Origin: a virus
Lineage: Duplodnaviria > Caudoviricetes
Length of the DNA stretch: 64,000 nucleotides
Virus record (IMG/VR): IMGVR_UViG_3300028603_000002
Span: 32,001-96,000 of that record
Reading direction: 5' to 3' (one strand)
Positions 1-10,468 of this stretch are shown one piece after another (the first letter of the stretch is position 1; each line of letters opens with the position of its first letter). The notes under the pieces were generated by a model. The model searched no databases. It had not been told where the DNA came from and was given only the letters and a program-made list of their open reading frames with translations. The translations under genes were made by a program, and so were the position numbers.

Positions 1-1
1 A

Positions 2-388
2 AAAAGTAAAAGAAATTCAGAATATGGTAAAGCAATATTAGATATTAATGGTTTACTATTTTCTCCTGGAAGTTTAGGTAAGAATAATTTCTCAGCGACA
101 GATATAGATGCATTAAAAGCAGCCGTATCAAGAGCAGTCAAAAATAATCCAAAATTTGCTGAACAAGAGCCATTAAGATATCCGGGATTATCAGTATCAG
201 CAACATTAAGTGGCATATGGGGATTCCTACCATACAACGCAATTAGAACAACACAAATGTCAACTTCATGGCCTAAAGAATGTTATTTTATGGTTACTAA
301 AGTAAGTCATGAAATATCACCAAATGATTGGATAACAATGTTAGATGGAATATTGGGGTATCATCCAAATATTCAAGAAGTACCTTAA
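2..388 (+). CDS. 3' part of a probable baseplate-hub/tail structural protein (truncated at window start)
   Basis: Open frame 2 ending in TAA at 386-388. C-terminus CYFMVTKVSHEISPNDWITMLDG resembles baseplate hub C-termini. Stop overlaps the next ATG. Confidence 0.45.
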   Translation, partial: KSKRNSEYGKAILDINGLLFSPGSLGKNNFSATDIDALKAAVSRAVKNNPKFAEQEPLRYPGLSVSATLSGIWGFLPYNAIRTTQMSTSWPKECYFMVTKVSHEISPNDWITMLDGILGYHPNIQEVP

Positions 389-948
389 TGAGAGCGCATT
401 ATAATATACATAAAGTCCGAACTGGCTTGTATACTAAAGGTAATGAATTTACATTACCCAGCGGAAAGATGTATGTTGGTGCATATCATGAATTGCCTAA
501 TGGGGAATTTTGGACAAAATTTGTTCCTGAAATTGATAGTCTATTATTAACAAGAGTTGATAGAAATGCTAGTGAAGATGTACTATCATTTAATAGGGTT
601 AGAACTCCATTAGCAAATAATTATATTAATCCAGTATCTTATTATCCGCAACCAACAATCGAAGAAATAAATAGTGGAGTAATGGAAAGATTTTTTGTTC
701 AAAAAAGAAATAATCCATTAAATACTATTCATGAAATAGATGTAGAACAATATAATTCTATCAATACTGAAAATAAAGTTGGTATTAATGGTGTATTATG
801 GAAGGGAATTTTATTATATTGGCGGATATCAAAGTATGGTAGGGAAGTTTCAGGAGATCTTAATAGAAAAGAAATTATAAAAGCATCAAGAATCTTCCCA
901 GGAATTGCTACTTATTTAAGAGATGTTTTAGAGTTATACAAGCATTAA
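388..948 (+). CDS. Hypothetical phage protein (likely start is ATG 388, not 328)
   Basis: TAATG overlap with the upstream stop; LYTKGNEF..G..YVGAYH motif typical of large-phage proteins. Confidence 0.6.
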   Translation: MRAHYNIHKVRTGLYTKGNEFTLPSGKMYVGAYHELPNGEFWTKFVPEIDSLLLTRVDRNASEDVLSFNRVRTPLANNYINPVSYYPQPTIEEINSGVMERFFVQKRNNPLNTIHEIDVEQYNSINTENKVGINGVLWKGILLYWRISKYGREVSGDLNRKEIIKASRIFPGIATYLRDVLELYKH

Positions 949-953
949 GTTTT

Positions 954-2246
954 ATGGTAAATTTATTAAGATTAGATAATGAATCTGATCTAAGTTCCAT
1001 TAAGGATGAAGTATGTTTTAGCGTAGTCGTCCAGGCAGATCAGAAACTACACGCTTATAATCAATGTATCGATGATAACGACAATCCAATAAGCTTAGTT
1101 TACTTCTATTTTCCACGCATAGGACAAGAGTTTTTAGTAGGAGTAGATATTGTGGATATGGATAGCTTTACAATTGATTACATTAAAGATATACTATCCC
1201 AAAACAAATCTATTTGTTATAATTCAAAGGTACTTTTTGATAAAAGTATAATTGATTATGAAGTGTTGTATTGGGTTCATAATTTTGAACGATTAGAATT
1301 TTATGAATTTGAATCAAAAATTAATTGGTATTATTACACACACAAAGATTTGAATAGATTGAATATTCATATACCTTTAATGGTGTTATTGGAGTATTGT
1401 AGAAATATAAGAAGGCATTATAATGGTTATATGAATTTAAAAGTTACTAAAACTGTAAAATTCTATAATTACGCATTTCATGAATTTAATAGGATTGAAA
1501 AGAATGGTATTAACTTATGTATGGCAAATGAAAATAGAATTGTATATTCACAATATAATTTCTTTACTTCAACTGGAAGGCCAAGTAATGCTTTTAATAA
1601 TGTTAACTTTGCAGCTATAAATAAGAAAACAGGCGTTAGAAAATATTTTACTAGCAGATATGAAAATGGCAGATTAGTTGAATTTGATTATAAAAGTTTT
1701 CATTTACATTTACTTGCTGATGTAATAGGATATAAATTTCCTGAAAAAGATGTACATACATATTTAGGAAAATTATATTTTAATGTTGAGGAATTAACAG
1801 ATGATCAATATGAACAATCAAAAAATATAACTTTTAAGAATTTATATGGTGAGGTTGCAGATGAATACAAAGATTTGGAATTCTTTCAAAAGATAAATAA
1901 GTTTTCAGAAGATCTATATGATTCTTATTTAAAAAATGGATATGTAGAATCTAGATATTCGAAGTTGAAAATAAAGAATATACACGAACCTAATAAATTG
2001 AAATTATTAAGTTATTATACTCAAAACCTTGAAACTGAATTCAATATACAAAATCTAAAGAAGATAAATGATTTTATTGAAGGTAGAAATATACAATTGA
2101 TACTGTATACTTACGATTCATTTTTATTCGATTGTATGAATTATGATGGAGTTGAGGAGGATTTACATTATATTTATAGTATATTGGAGATGAATAGATT
2201 TCCAGTTAAAGTTAAACGCGGCAGCAATTATCATAATTTAAAGTAA
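954..2246 (+). CDS. Divergent family A DNA polymerase-like protein
   Basis: TSTGRPSN..NFAAINK; motif A FDYKSFHLHLL; motif B SKNITFKNLYG; motif C YTYDSFLFD. Confidence 0.8.
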   Translation: MVNLLRLDNESDLSSIKDEVCFSVVVQADQKLHAYNQCIDDNDNPISLVYFYFPRIGQEFLVGVDIVDMDSFTIDYIKDILSQNKSICYNSKVLFDKSIIDYEVLYWVHNFERLEFYEFESKINWYYYTHKDLNRLNIHIPLMVLLEYCRNIRRHYNGYMNLKVTKTVKFYNYAFHEFNRIEKNGINLCMANENRIVYSQYNFFTSTGRPSNAFNNVNFAAINKKTGVRKYFTSRYENGRLVEFDYKSFHLHLLADVIGYKFPEKDVHTYLGKLYFNVEELTDDQYEQSKNITFKNLYGEVADEYKDLEFFQKINKFSEDLYDSYLKNGYVESRYSKLKIKNIHEPNKLKLLSYYTQNLETEFNIQNLKKINDFIEGRNIQLILYTYDSFLFDCMNYDGVEEDLHYIYSILEMNRFPVKVKRGSNYHNLK

Positions 2247-2261
2247 AATCGAGGTTAATGA

Positions 2262-2642
2262 GTGCACGATTACAAGTTAGTATGTACTTTTGCAAATAAA
2301 AATGATTTTGGTCTAGTTGAAAAAATTATTTTAGATTACGCAATTGTTGATAGAAACATTTATATTTATACATCTACCGAAGATGATTCACGCTTATATT
2401 TTACATATTGTATACCCACTGAATGCCAGTTAAAACCAAATACAATATATATACATAGAAAGAATATAACAAATACATTTTTTACAATCAATTCACTTAA
2501 TATATTAATACAACGAATTAATAATGGGGTATTAGATAAAAATTATGAAATTGATTGGTTTAATTATAAAGACTCAATAATATTAGTGGCAAATAATATA
2601 TTGAATATTGATAAAATAGAAAAATACAAAATAATTTGCTGA
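2262..2642 (+). CDS. Hypothetical protein
   Basis: GTG-start ORF between the polA-like gene and ssb; IHRK..TNT.FTINSLN motif. Confidence 0.6.
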   Translation: MHDYKLVCTFANKNDFGLVEKIILDYAIVDRNIYIYTSTEDDSRLYFTYCIPTECQLKPNTIYIHRKNITNTFFTINSLNILIQRINNGVLDKNYEIDWFNYKDSIILVANNILNIDKIEKYKIIC

Positions 2643-2718
2643 AAATATTTTGTTATTAGTTTAGAACTTATTAATTTTATAGGAAATTTTAATTTTGAAT
2701 TTTTAAAAATATGCAGTT

Positions 2719-3600
2719 ATGGATTTAAATCGAATCAAAAAGAAGTTAGATCAATTTAGCTCAGGCGGCGGATCATCTGATTTATTGTGGAGGCCTAAAG
2801 AAGGCAAACAAACAGTAAGGATAGTGCCTTATAAACACGACCCTGAATGGCCCTTTATTGAATTACAATTTTATTATAAATTAGTTAAAGGTAAAACTAT
2901 TGTATCTCCTATGTCATTTGGTAATGCAGATCCTGTAGTTGAATTTGCTGAAAAGTTAAAAACTACTGGTAAAAAGGAAGATTGGATTGCAGGGCAGAAT
3001 TTATTACCAAAAATAAGAATTTACGCACCCGTAATTGTAAGAGGGGAAGAAGATGAAGGTGTTAAATTTTGGGGATTTGGTCCGCAGGTTTATACAGATA
3101 TAATGAAAACTATTGATGATCCTGATTATGGGGATATAACTGATCTTAAAAATGGTAGGGATATTACTATTGAATACGAGAAAAAACCTGGTGAGAAATG
3201 GCCAACAACTACATTAAGAGTTAAACCAAATATATCTAGAGCAGTAGAAACAGCAGAGCATTTAGAGTATATTAAAAATGTTCCTAATCTAAAAGAATCT
3301 TGGAAAGAACCATCATATGAAGAATTGAAAGAATATCTAAGACAATATCTAGAAACTGATAATAGTTCTGATAATGATGAGGACGAAGAAGAAACAACTA
3401 CTCCTAAAAAATCAACAAAAAGTAAAAAGACTGATGATGATGAATTTTTAGCAGAATTGATGAAAGGCAATGCTAAGGGTGAAGAGGCTCCGGAAGAAGA
3501 AGTGAAAGCCGCCGAGGAAAAACAAGCCAAGGAAAAGGCTGCTAAGAAGCCAGATGCAAAAGCAATTGAGCAAGCATTCGAGTCATTTTTTAACGATTAA
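2719..3600 (+). CDS. Single-stranded DNA-binding protein (T4 gp32-like)
   Basis: W.PKEGKQTVRIVP, VKFWGFG, DYGDITD..GRDITI, acidic C-terminal tail; lies next to uvsX. Confidence 0.85.
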   Translation: MDLNRIKKKLDQFSSGGGSSDLLWRPKEGKQTVRIVPYKHDPEWPFIELQFYYKLVKGKTIVSPMSFGNADPVVEFAEKLKTTGKKEDWIAGQNLLPKIRIYAPVIVRGEEDEGVKFWGFGPQVYTDIMKTIDDPDYGDITDLKNGRDITIEYEKKPGEKWPTTTLRVKPNISRAVETAEHLEYIKNVPNLKESWKEPSYEELKEYLRQYLETDNSSDNDEDEEETTTPKKSTKSKKTDDDEFLAELMKGNAKGEEAPEEEVKAAEEKQAKEKAAKKPDAKAIEQAFESFFND

Positions 3601-3617
3601 TTAAGTAGGAGGCCTTA

Positions 3618-4802
3618 ATGGCGAAAAAGAAGAAAGCAGAGACTGTATCCGAGCTTGAAGATACATTGGCTAATGATATCATTAATGCTATCAATAGTAA
3701 TTTTTCCAAAAGTAAATATAAAACTGCATATCATTTAACTGATCCTGAAGCAATAAGCGATATTAGTGGATGGATTAGTACTGGATGTTCAATGTTAGAT
3801 TTAGCTATTAGCAACAGACCACATGGTGGACTTCCAATTGGAAGGATTACTGAAATAACTGGGATGGAGGCGTCAGGAAAATCTTTATTAGCTGCACATG
3901 CACTAGCAGATACACAAAGACAAGGAGGATTGGCAGTGTATATTGATACTGAAGCAGCGGTATCTCGGGAATTTTTAGAAGCTATTGGAATTGATGTTGA
4001 TACAATGTTATATATCCCATTGGAAACATTGGAAGATATATTTGAAACGATTGAATTAATAATTACTAAGGTTCGAGCATCTAATAAGGATAAAATTGTT
4101 ACTATTGTCACTGATAGTGTTATGGGTGCTACTACTAGAACTGAATTGGCTGGGGAATATGAAAAACAGGGTTGGAATACAGATAAATCAATTATCTTAA
4201 GTATGGCAATGCGAAAGATTACTAATATGATTGCAGCCCAGAAGATATGTTTAATTTTTACCAACCAATTAAGAACTAATTTAGGAGTTACTTTTGGTGA
4301 AAAATTTAGTACAAGCGGTGGTAAAGCACTCGCATTTCATTCGTCTGTAAGATTACGGTTAGCTGGCCAAGGACAAATAAAAATAGATGATTCAGTTGTT
4401 GGTATAAAAACTAAAGCTATTGTTAAGAAAAATAGATTAGGTCCACCATTAAGAACTGTAATATATGATATCTATTTTAGTTCTGGTATCGACAATTATG
4501 GTGCCTGGTTAACATTTCTCAAAGATTTGGGTGAAGTAAAGACAGGTGGTGCATGGTACACATTAACTTTAGATAAAGAAATGGATATAATTAAGAATCC
4601 AGAAACTGCTGAAGTAGTGTCTTTATCTGAAATTAAATTTTTAGCTAAAAACTTCCCTAGTTTATTAGAAATGAATCCTAATTTAAAAGAATACATATAT
4701 GATAAAATTTGTGAAAAGTATATCATGAAGTATAAAATTAACAAGGATTTTTCTATTGATGATGTTACTATTACAGATGATTTTGAAGGTGAAGAAAGCT
4801 AA
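3618..4802 (+). CDS. uvsX: RecA/UvsX recombinase
   Basis: GRITEITGMEASGKS Walker A, YIDTEAA, IFTNQLR, SGGKALAFHSSVRL, KNRLGPP. Confidence 0.95.
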   Translation: MAKKKKAETVSELEDTLANDIINAINSNFSKSKYKTAYHLTDPEAISDISGWISTGCSMLDLAISNRPHGGLPIGRITEITGMEASGKSLLAAHALADTQRQGGLAVYIDTEAAVSREFLEAIGIDVDTMLYIPLETLEDIFETIELIITKVRASNKDKIVTIVTDSVMGATTRTELAGEYEKQGWNTDKSIILSMAMRKITNMIAAQKICLIFTNQLRTNLGVTFGEKFSTSGGKALAFHSSVRLRLAGQGQIKIDDSVVGIKTKAIVKKNRLGPPLRTVIYDIYFSSGIDNYGAWLTFLKDLGEVKTGGAWYTLTLDKEMDIIKNPETAEVVSLSEIKFLAKNFPSLLEMNPNLKEYIYDKICEKYIMKYKINKDFSIDDVTITDDFEGEES

Positions 4803-4804
4803 TC

Positions 4805-5839
4805 GTGAATCAACAATATTTAGATTTATTTAATAGTCTTGATAATGGACAACGCAATAGAAATGATTGTGTAGTTATTGTAGATGGTCTTAATACCTTT
4901 ATACGAGTATTTTCAGTAGTCCCAAGTCTAAATGATGATGGAGAACATATTGGAGGAATAACTGGTTTCTTAAAATCAATAGGTTATTTAATACGTCAAT
5001 TTAATGCTACAAGATGTATTATTGTATTTGATGGAGAAGGTGGCTCTTTAAGAAGAAGGAGGATTTATTCTGAATACAAAAATAACAGAAAACCATCGAA
5101 TTATAATAGGTTGGATGATTTTGGTTCTGATGAAGATCTTGAACAATCTATGAGGAGACAGATTAGAAGAATAGGTGATTATTTATCTATAATGCCAGTA
5201 GATGTAATTCAGATTGATAAGGTAGAAGCGGATGATGTAATAGCAACTTTAGCAGTAGATTATTTCCAAAATAAAAGCAATGAAATAATAATTAATTCTA
5301 CCGATAAAGATTTCATACAATTAATTAATTCTAAGATTAAAGTATGGAGTCCTACAAAGAAGCTATTATACGATGAAGATAACCTGAAAAAGGTTTTTAA
5401 AGTTAGCAAGGGAAATTATTTATTGTATAGAGTATTAACTGGTGATAAATCAGATAATATTGATGGGGTAAAAGGATTGGGTTTAAAAACTCTAATCAAA
5501 AGATTTCCAGGAATTGTTACCGAACCATATACAATAGACAGACTATTAAATGAATGTAAACAATATATAGATAATGGTGAAAAATATAAAATTTATACAC
5601 AAATTTTAGAAGCAGAAAAGATAATTCGAAGGAATTATGAATTAATGCAGTTAAATACTAGCATTATTAATGGGAGTATTCTTTTAAAGATTTATGAAAA
5701 GTTAGATAATTCAACACCAGAATTAGATACAGTTCAATTTAAAAGAATGTTTTTACAGGATAAATTATATAGTGATATTAGAGATATTGATACTTGGTTG
5801 AGAAATAGTTTGAATAGATTACTTATTTATGGAAAATGA
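4805..5839 (+). CDS. 5'-3' exonuclease / T4 RNase H-like flap nuclease
   Basis: IVDGLNTF, VFDG, YKNNR, EADDVIA, STDKDFIQL, GDKSDNIDGVKGLG. Confidence 0.92.
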   Translation: MNQQYLDLFNSLDNGQRNRNDCVVIVDGLNTFIRVFSVVPSLNDDGEHIGGITGFLKSIGYLIRQFNATRCIIVFDGEGGSLRRRRIYSEYKNNRKPSNYNRLDDFGSDEDLEQSMRRQIRRIGDYLSIMPVDVIQIDKVEADDVIATLAVDYFQNKSNEIIINSTDKDFIQLINSKIKVWSPTKKLLYDEDNLKKVFKVSKGNYLLYRVLTGDKSDNIDGVKGLGLKTLIKRFPGIVTEPYTIDRLLNECKQYIDNGEKYKIYTQILEAEKIIRRNYELMQLNTSIINGSILLKIYEKLDNSTPELDTVQFKRMFLQDKLYSDIRDIDTWLRNSLNRLLIYGK

Positions 5840-7190
5840 TGGAAAATTTAACTATTTATTTCAAATTAAGGTATTATCATTACTACTAACAAATAAAAGT
5901 TTCGTAGCTGAAATATTCGACCTACTTAAAACAGAATATTTTCCTTCCGAATCAGTTCAATGGCTTACAGAAAAAATCTTAAGTTATTATAATGAATATA
6001 AAACATTGCCGACTTTTGATGTGTTGCGCAATGAGGTTAGCAAGATAGATGATCCTTTAGTTAAAGAAGAAGTAAATAAACATTTAAAATTAGCAATTGA
6101 AAAAATCGGATCTGATGATATTGATTATGTTAAAGACCAAGCCCATGAATTTTGTTTAAATCAAGAATTAAAAAATGCCATTATAAAATCAGTAAATCTA
6201 TTGAAATTAGGTAAGTATGAAGAGATACGTGATGGTATTGACAGGGCATTGAAACTTGGAGCAAATAGAGATATTGGATTAGATTATAAAGTAGCTGTAG
6301 AAGACAGATACAACGATGAAAATAGAAATACTATTGCTACTGGATGGCCTGTAATTAATGATTTGATGAAGGGTGGGTTATCTCATGGTGAATTAGGATG
6401 CGTAGTTGCCCCATCTGGAACTGGAAAATCTTGGGTGTTAACTCATTTAGCATATTCTGCATTAAAAGCTGGGCATAATGTTGTCTATTATACATTAGAA
6501 TTGAATGATAGATATGTAGCTAGGAGAGTGGATGCAATGGTTACTGGTATATCTTTAGATGAACTTGGAGATAATATTGAAAAGATAAAGAAATATACCA
6601 AAAAATTACCAGGTGAGTTGATTGTTAAATGGTTTCCAACTAAAAGTGTTTCTATATTAGGCATTAGAGCCCAATTGGAAAAAATGGCAATGATAGGTAA
6701 AAAACCCGCTCTTGTTATTATAGATTATGCTGATTTAATGAAAGTACCTAAAGGCGGAGATAAACATGAAGCATTACAAGATTTATACGAAGAGTTAAGG
6801 GGATTATCAGGAGAGATGAAAGTTCCGATCTGGACCGCATCACAGACAAATAGATCTGGTATTAATAAAGCGGAAATAGAAGCAGATTCAATATCAGAAA
6901 GTTATGGTAAAGTTTTTACTGCAGATTTTGTATTATCATTATCCAGGACTTCGAGGGATGTGTTAACAAAATCAGCCAGATTTTATATTATGAAAAGTAG
7001 GTTAGGTGCAGATAAGATGTTATTGAATTCTAAAATGGATACTGATAATGGATTCATTGAAATATATGCTCCCAATACAGCAGAATCAAATGAAGTAGAA
7101 AAGAAAATAGGTAATGAAGAATCACATGAAAAAGAATATTTAAGAAATAGATTAGCAGATTTAATGGGTAATGTAGGAAAAAATAACTGA
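5829..7190 (+). CDS. Replicative DnaB-like helicase (T4 gp41-like)
   Basis: APSGTGKS Walker A, YYTLEL, IIDYADL, WTASQTNR, KSRLG. Confidence 0.93.
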   Translation: MENDGKFNYLFQIKVLSLLLTNKSFVAEIFDLLKTEYFPSESVQWLTEKILSYYNEYKTLPTFDVLRNEVSKIDDPLVKEEVNKHLKLAIEKIGSDDIDYVKDQAHEFCLNQELKNAIIKSVNLLKLGKYEEIRDGIDRALKLGANRDIGLDYKVAVEDRYNDENRNTIATGWPVINDLMKGGLSHGELGCVVAPSGTGKSWVLTHLAYSALKAGHNVVYYTLELNDRYVARRVDAMVTGISLDELGDNIEKIKKYTKKLPGELIVKWFPTKSVSILGIRAQLEKMAMIGKKPALVIIDYADLMKVPKGGDKHEALQDLYEELRGLSGEMKVPIWTASQTNRSGINKAEIEADSISESYGKVFTADFVLSLSRTSRDVLTKSARFYIMKSRLGADKMLLNSKMDTDNGFIEIYAPNTAESNEVEKKIGNEESHEKEYLRNRLADLMGNVGKNN

Positions 7191-7217
7191 ATTTAAATAA
7201 TTATAAATAGAGGTATT

Positions 7218-7616
7218 ATGAAGATTATATTTAATGAAAATCAACAACCGTATTCATATTTGAAGGATTATAATTTCAACTGTTGTGCAATAAAAGATTC
7301 TTCTTCCGGGGAGTTATCTTTTTATTCAGGCAAGTTAATTTTTGAATTCACATCTTCGGAAGAAACAATTGTTAATATTGTTAATGAACAGCTGAAAATT
7401 GGTGGAATAAATTTAGATACATTAATTAATTCCATCAATAATTCATTATTAGTAGGATCAGGCGAAGTAAAATTACAAGAGGGTAGTAAGTTAAGACTTG
7501 TTCAAATGGGAGATAAATTTTCTATTAGCAATTTTTTAACGATGTTAAATACTATCCTTAGTAATGCTATTCAAGATTTAGATATTGAAGTTACATCTAT
7601 AGAATTCAACGTGTAA
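7218..7616 (+). CDS. Hypothetical protein
   Basis: ORF preceded by TATAAATA and GAGG. Confidence 0.55.
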   Translation: MKIIFNENQQPYSYLKDYNFNCCAIKDSSSGELSFYSGKLIFEFTSSEETIVNIVNEQLKIGGINLDTLINSINNSLLVGSGEVKLQEGSKLRLVQMGDKFSISNFLTMLNTILSNAIQDLDIEVTSIEFNV

Positions 7617-7646
7617 TAATTATTGTTTAGATATAGGAGGGTGTAA

Positions 7647-8159
7647 ATGCACCAAAGTTCAAAGAATACTTCGCTACACAATATACGACTAGTTAAATTT
7701 TTTTTAGATAAAGCATATCCAAATGGATATACTGTCGAAAAATTAATTGAAGATAATTTAATTGACGGAATTTTATTAAGTGAATTAGCAGTATCTATTT
7801 GTAGTAATATTGATTTATGTGATGTTGGTGTTTACCAAGATTTAGTTGATGGGACAGATGTTAAGACTGCAACAGTAGTAAAATGTAAATTTATTTCTAA
7901 AAAGGGAATTACTGGATATCATTTTGCTGCTCGTATTCAACATATAAGAAATAAGATAGGAGCATTAAGATGTATAGTATACAACAAATATAGTTTAAGG
8001 TGGCATTATTTTTTTATTACAGAAGACGCATGCGGTAATAATGATAGTATTAAAATAACGTTTGATATAAAGACTCAGTTACCAAAGGGAAAATGGGCAA
8101 AATATGAAGTTGATAGTTTTGAAGATATATGTAAACAAATAAAAAAAGAGGGACAATAA
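7647..8159 (+). CDS. Hypothetical protein, possible PD-(D/E)XK restriction-like endonuclease
   Basis: SELAVS...QDLVDGTDVKT fits E...D..D.K spacing; GGAGG upstream. Confidence 0.4.
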   Translation: MHQSSKNTSLHNIRLVKFFLDKAYPNGYTVEKLIEDNLIDGILLSELAVSICSNIDLCDVGVYQDLVDGTDVKTATVVKCKFISKKGITGYHFAARIQHIRNKIGALRCIVYNKYSLRWHYFFITEDACGNNDSIKITFDIKTQLPKGKWAKYEVDSFEDICKQIKKEGQ

Positions 8160-10018
8160 TGGATATTAGCCAGAAAATATTATCTGATATTGGTGTATAT
8201 AACAAATATGCAAAGTATTTGAAAGAATTGAAGAGGAGAGAAACATTTGAAGAAATTGTTTCTAGAAATATAGGAATGCACCAAAAAAAATATCCTGAAT
8301 TTAAGAAAGAAATATATAACGCATATAAAGGAGTATACGAGAAGAAGTATTTACCATCAATGAGAAGTTTTCAATTTGCTGGTAAGCCAATAGAAGTGAA
8401 CCCATCAAGAATGTATAATTGCGCTTATTTACCAATTGATGATTGGAGAGCATTTTCAGAAGTCATGTTCTTGCTTTTAGGCGGCTGTGGTGTGGGATAT
8501 TCTGTTCAAAAACATCATATAGAACAATTACCAGAAATAGCAAGACCTAATACTAAAAAGACTCGCCGATTTTTAATATCAGATAATATTGAAGGTTGGG
8601 CCGATGCTATAAAAATGCTGATGAAATCTTATTTTAAAGGTGGATCAACAATAAGATTTGATTTTAGCGATATTCGTCCTAAAGGTGCAGAATTAGTTAC
8701 AGCAGGAGGTAAAGCACCAGGACCACAACCACTAAAAGAATGTTTAGTTAAGATTGATGGTATACTAAATCAAAAAGAAAATGGCGAACAATTAACATCA
8801 TTAGAAATACATGATATTATTTGTCATATTGCAGATGCTGTATTAAGTGGTGGTATTAGGAGAGCTGCATTAATTTCATTATTTAGTGCTGATGATGGAG
8901 ATATGATATCTTGTAAAACAGGCAATTGGTGGGAATTGAATCCACAAAGAGGTAGGGCGAATAATAGTGCCGTTTTACTAAGACGCAAGATAGATAAGAA
9001 ATTTTTCATGAATTTGTGGGAAAGAATACAAGCAAGCAATGCAGGCGAACCCGGCATCTTTTTTAGCAATGATAAAGAATATGGGACGAATCCATGCTGT
9101 GAAGTGTCCCTGCGACCATATCAATTTTGTAATTTAGTTGAAATAAATACATCAACTATTGAATCGCAGGAAGATTTTAATGAGAGAGTAAAATGTGCAA
9201 CTATAATTGCAACATTACAAGCATCCTATACCGATTATCATTATCTACGCCCAGTATGGAGAAGAACCACGGAGAAAGATGCGCTAATCGGAATTGGACT
9301 AACAGGCATTGCGAGTAATAAATTAAAGGATATTGATTTAAAACAAGCAGTCCAAGTTGCAATTGAAACAAATAAAGAATGGGCAGAAAAATTAGGTACT
9401 AACCCAGCTGCAAGAATCACTACTGTTAAACCGTCGGGCACTACATCAATAGTATTGGGAACCAGTTCAGGAGTACACGCTTGGCATGATGAATATTATT
9501 TCAGAAGAATGCGAATAGGAAAAAATGAATCATTGTATAAATATTTAAAAGATAAAATGCCTGAGTTGGTAGAAGATGAATACTTTAAACCAGATTTAAT
9601 GTCAGTTATATCAATACCACAAAAAGCACCAGAAAATGCAATATTGAGAAATAAAGAAACTGCAATAGAATTATTAGAAAGAGTTAAATGGTTAAGTATA
9701 AACTGGATAAAACCAGGTCATATATCAGGAGCAAATACAAATAATGTGTCTGCTACTATTAATCTTAAAGAAGATGATTGGGATGAAGTAGGTGAATGGA
9801 TGTGGAATAATAGAGATTATTTTAATGGCTTATCAGTATTACCCTATGACGGAGGAACTTATATACAAGCTCCATTTGAAACAATTACAAAAGAGCAATA
9901 TGAAGAAGCGTATTCTTATTTATCACAAATTGATTTAAGTGAAGTTATTGAGGAGGAAGACAATACAACATTAAAAGAAGAATTAGCGTGTGTAGGTGAT
10001 GGTTGTGAGGTATTTTGA
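8159..10018 (+). CDS. nrdJ: Class II (adenosylcobalamin-dependent) ribonucleotide reductase
   Basis: LPSMR, YNCAY, GGIRRAALI, TNPCCEV, TTVKPSGT, C-terminal CVGDGC redox pair; no beta subunit nearby. Confidence 0.92.
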   Translation: MDISQKILSDIGVYNKYAKYLKELKRRETFEEIVSRNIGMHQKKYPEFKKEIYNAYKGVYEKKYLPSMRSFQFAGKPIEVNPSRMYNCAYLPIDDWRAFSEVMFLLLGGCGVGYSVQKHHIEQLPEIARPNTKKTRRFLISDNIEGWADAIKMLMKSYFKGGSTIRFDFSDIRPKGAELVTAGGKAPGPQPLKECLVKIDGILNQKENGEQLTSLEIHDIICHIADAVLSGGIRRAALISLFSADDGDMISCKTGNWWELNPQRGRANNSAVLLRRKIDKKFFMNLWERIQASNAGEPGIFFSNDKEYGTNPCCEVSLRPYQFCNLVEINTSTIESQEDFNERVKCATIIATLQASYTDYHYLRPVWRRTTEKDALIGIGLTGIASNKLKDIDLKQAVQVAIETNKEWAEKLGTNPAARITTVKPSGTTSIVLGTSSGVHAWHDEYYFRRMRIGKNESLYKYLKDKMPELVEDEYFKPDLMSVISIPQKAPENAILRNKETAIELLERVKWLSINWIKPGHISGANTNNVSATINLKEDDWDEVGEWMWNNRDYFNGLSVLPYDGGTYIQAPFETITKEQYEEAYSYLSQIDLSEVIEEEDNTTLKEELACVGDGCEVF

Positions 10019-10073
10019 TTTGGATATATGAAAAGTATTTTTTAATTTTATAGGGTTGAAAAATAAATAGAAA

Positions 10074-10313
10074 ATGAGGATAATTTTATTTACTTCTGAT
10101 AGTTGTAGTCCATGTAGAAGAGTAAATCAATATTTAAATTCAGGAGCATATAACGGTCCTCCCATTATAACAATGGATGCACGAAAATTCAGAGATATTG
10201 CAATTGAATATTCTATAACATCTATACCTACATTATTTGTAGATGATAATGGAGAAGAAAGAAAATTTCATGGGGCAGACATTATTATCGATCATTTAAA
10301 ATCATTGAAATGA
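10074..10313 (+). CDS. Thioredoxin/glutaredoxin-like protein
   Basis: CSPC motif and SIPTL; follows nrdJ. Confidence 0.85.
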   Translation: MRIILFTSDSCSPCRRVNQYLNSGAYNGPPIITMDARKFRDIAIEYSITSIPTLFVDDNGEERKFHGADIIIDHLKSLK

Positions 10314-10468
10314 CTGAATTTTTGAGACATTTCTTTGGATTGTGTGGTGAAGCACATCCAAATATATTAAATATATTCCTGTATTCAACACCAATTGTAT
10401 ATATAGGGATTAAAATAAAATCATACCTAACAAGTTTTAAACATCAAAATCATGATGAAGTTTCATAA
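10310..10468 (+). CDS. Small hypothetical protein (52 aa, MTEFLRHFFGLCGEAHP...), not in the ORF track
   Basis: ATGA overlap with the thioredoxin stop; fills the gap to queE. Confidence 0.55.
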   Translation: MTEFLRHFFGLCGEAHPNILNIFLYSTPIVYIGIKIKSYLTSFKHQNHDEVS

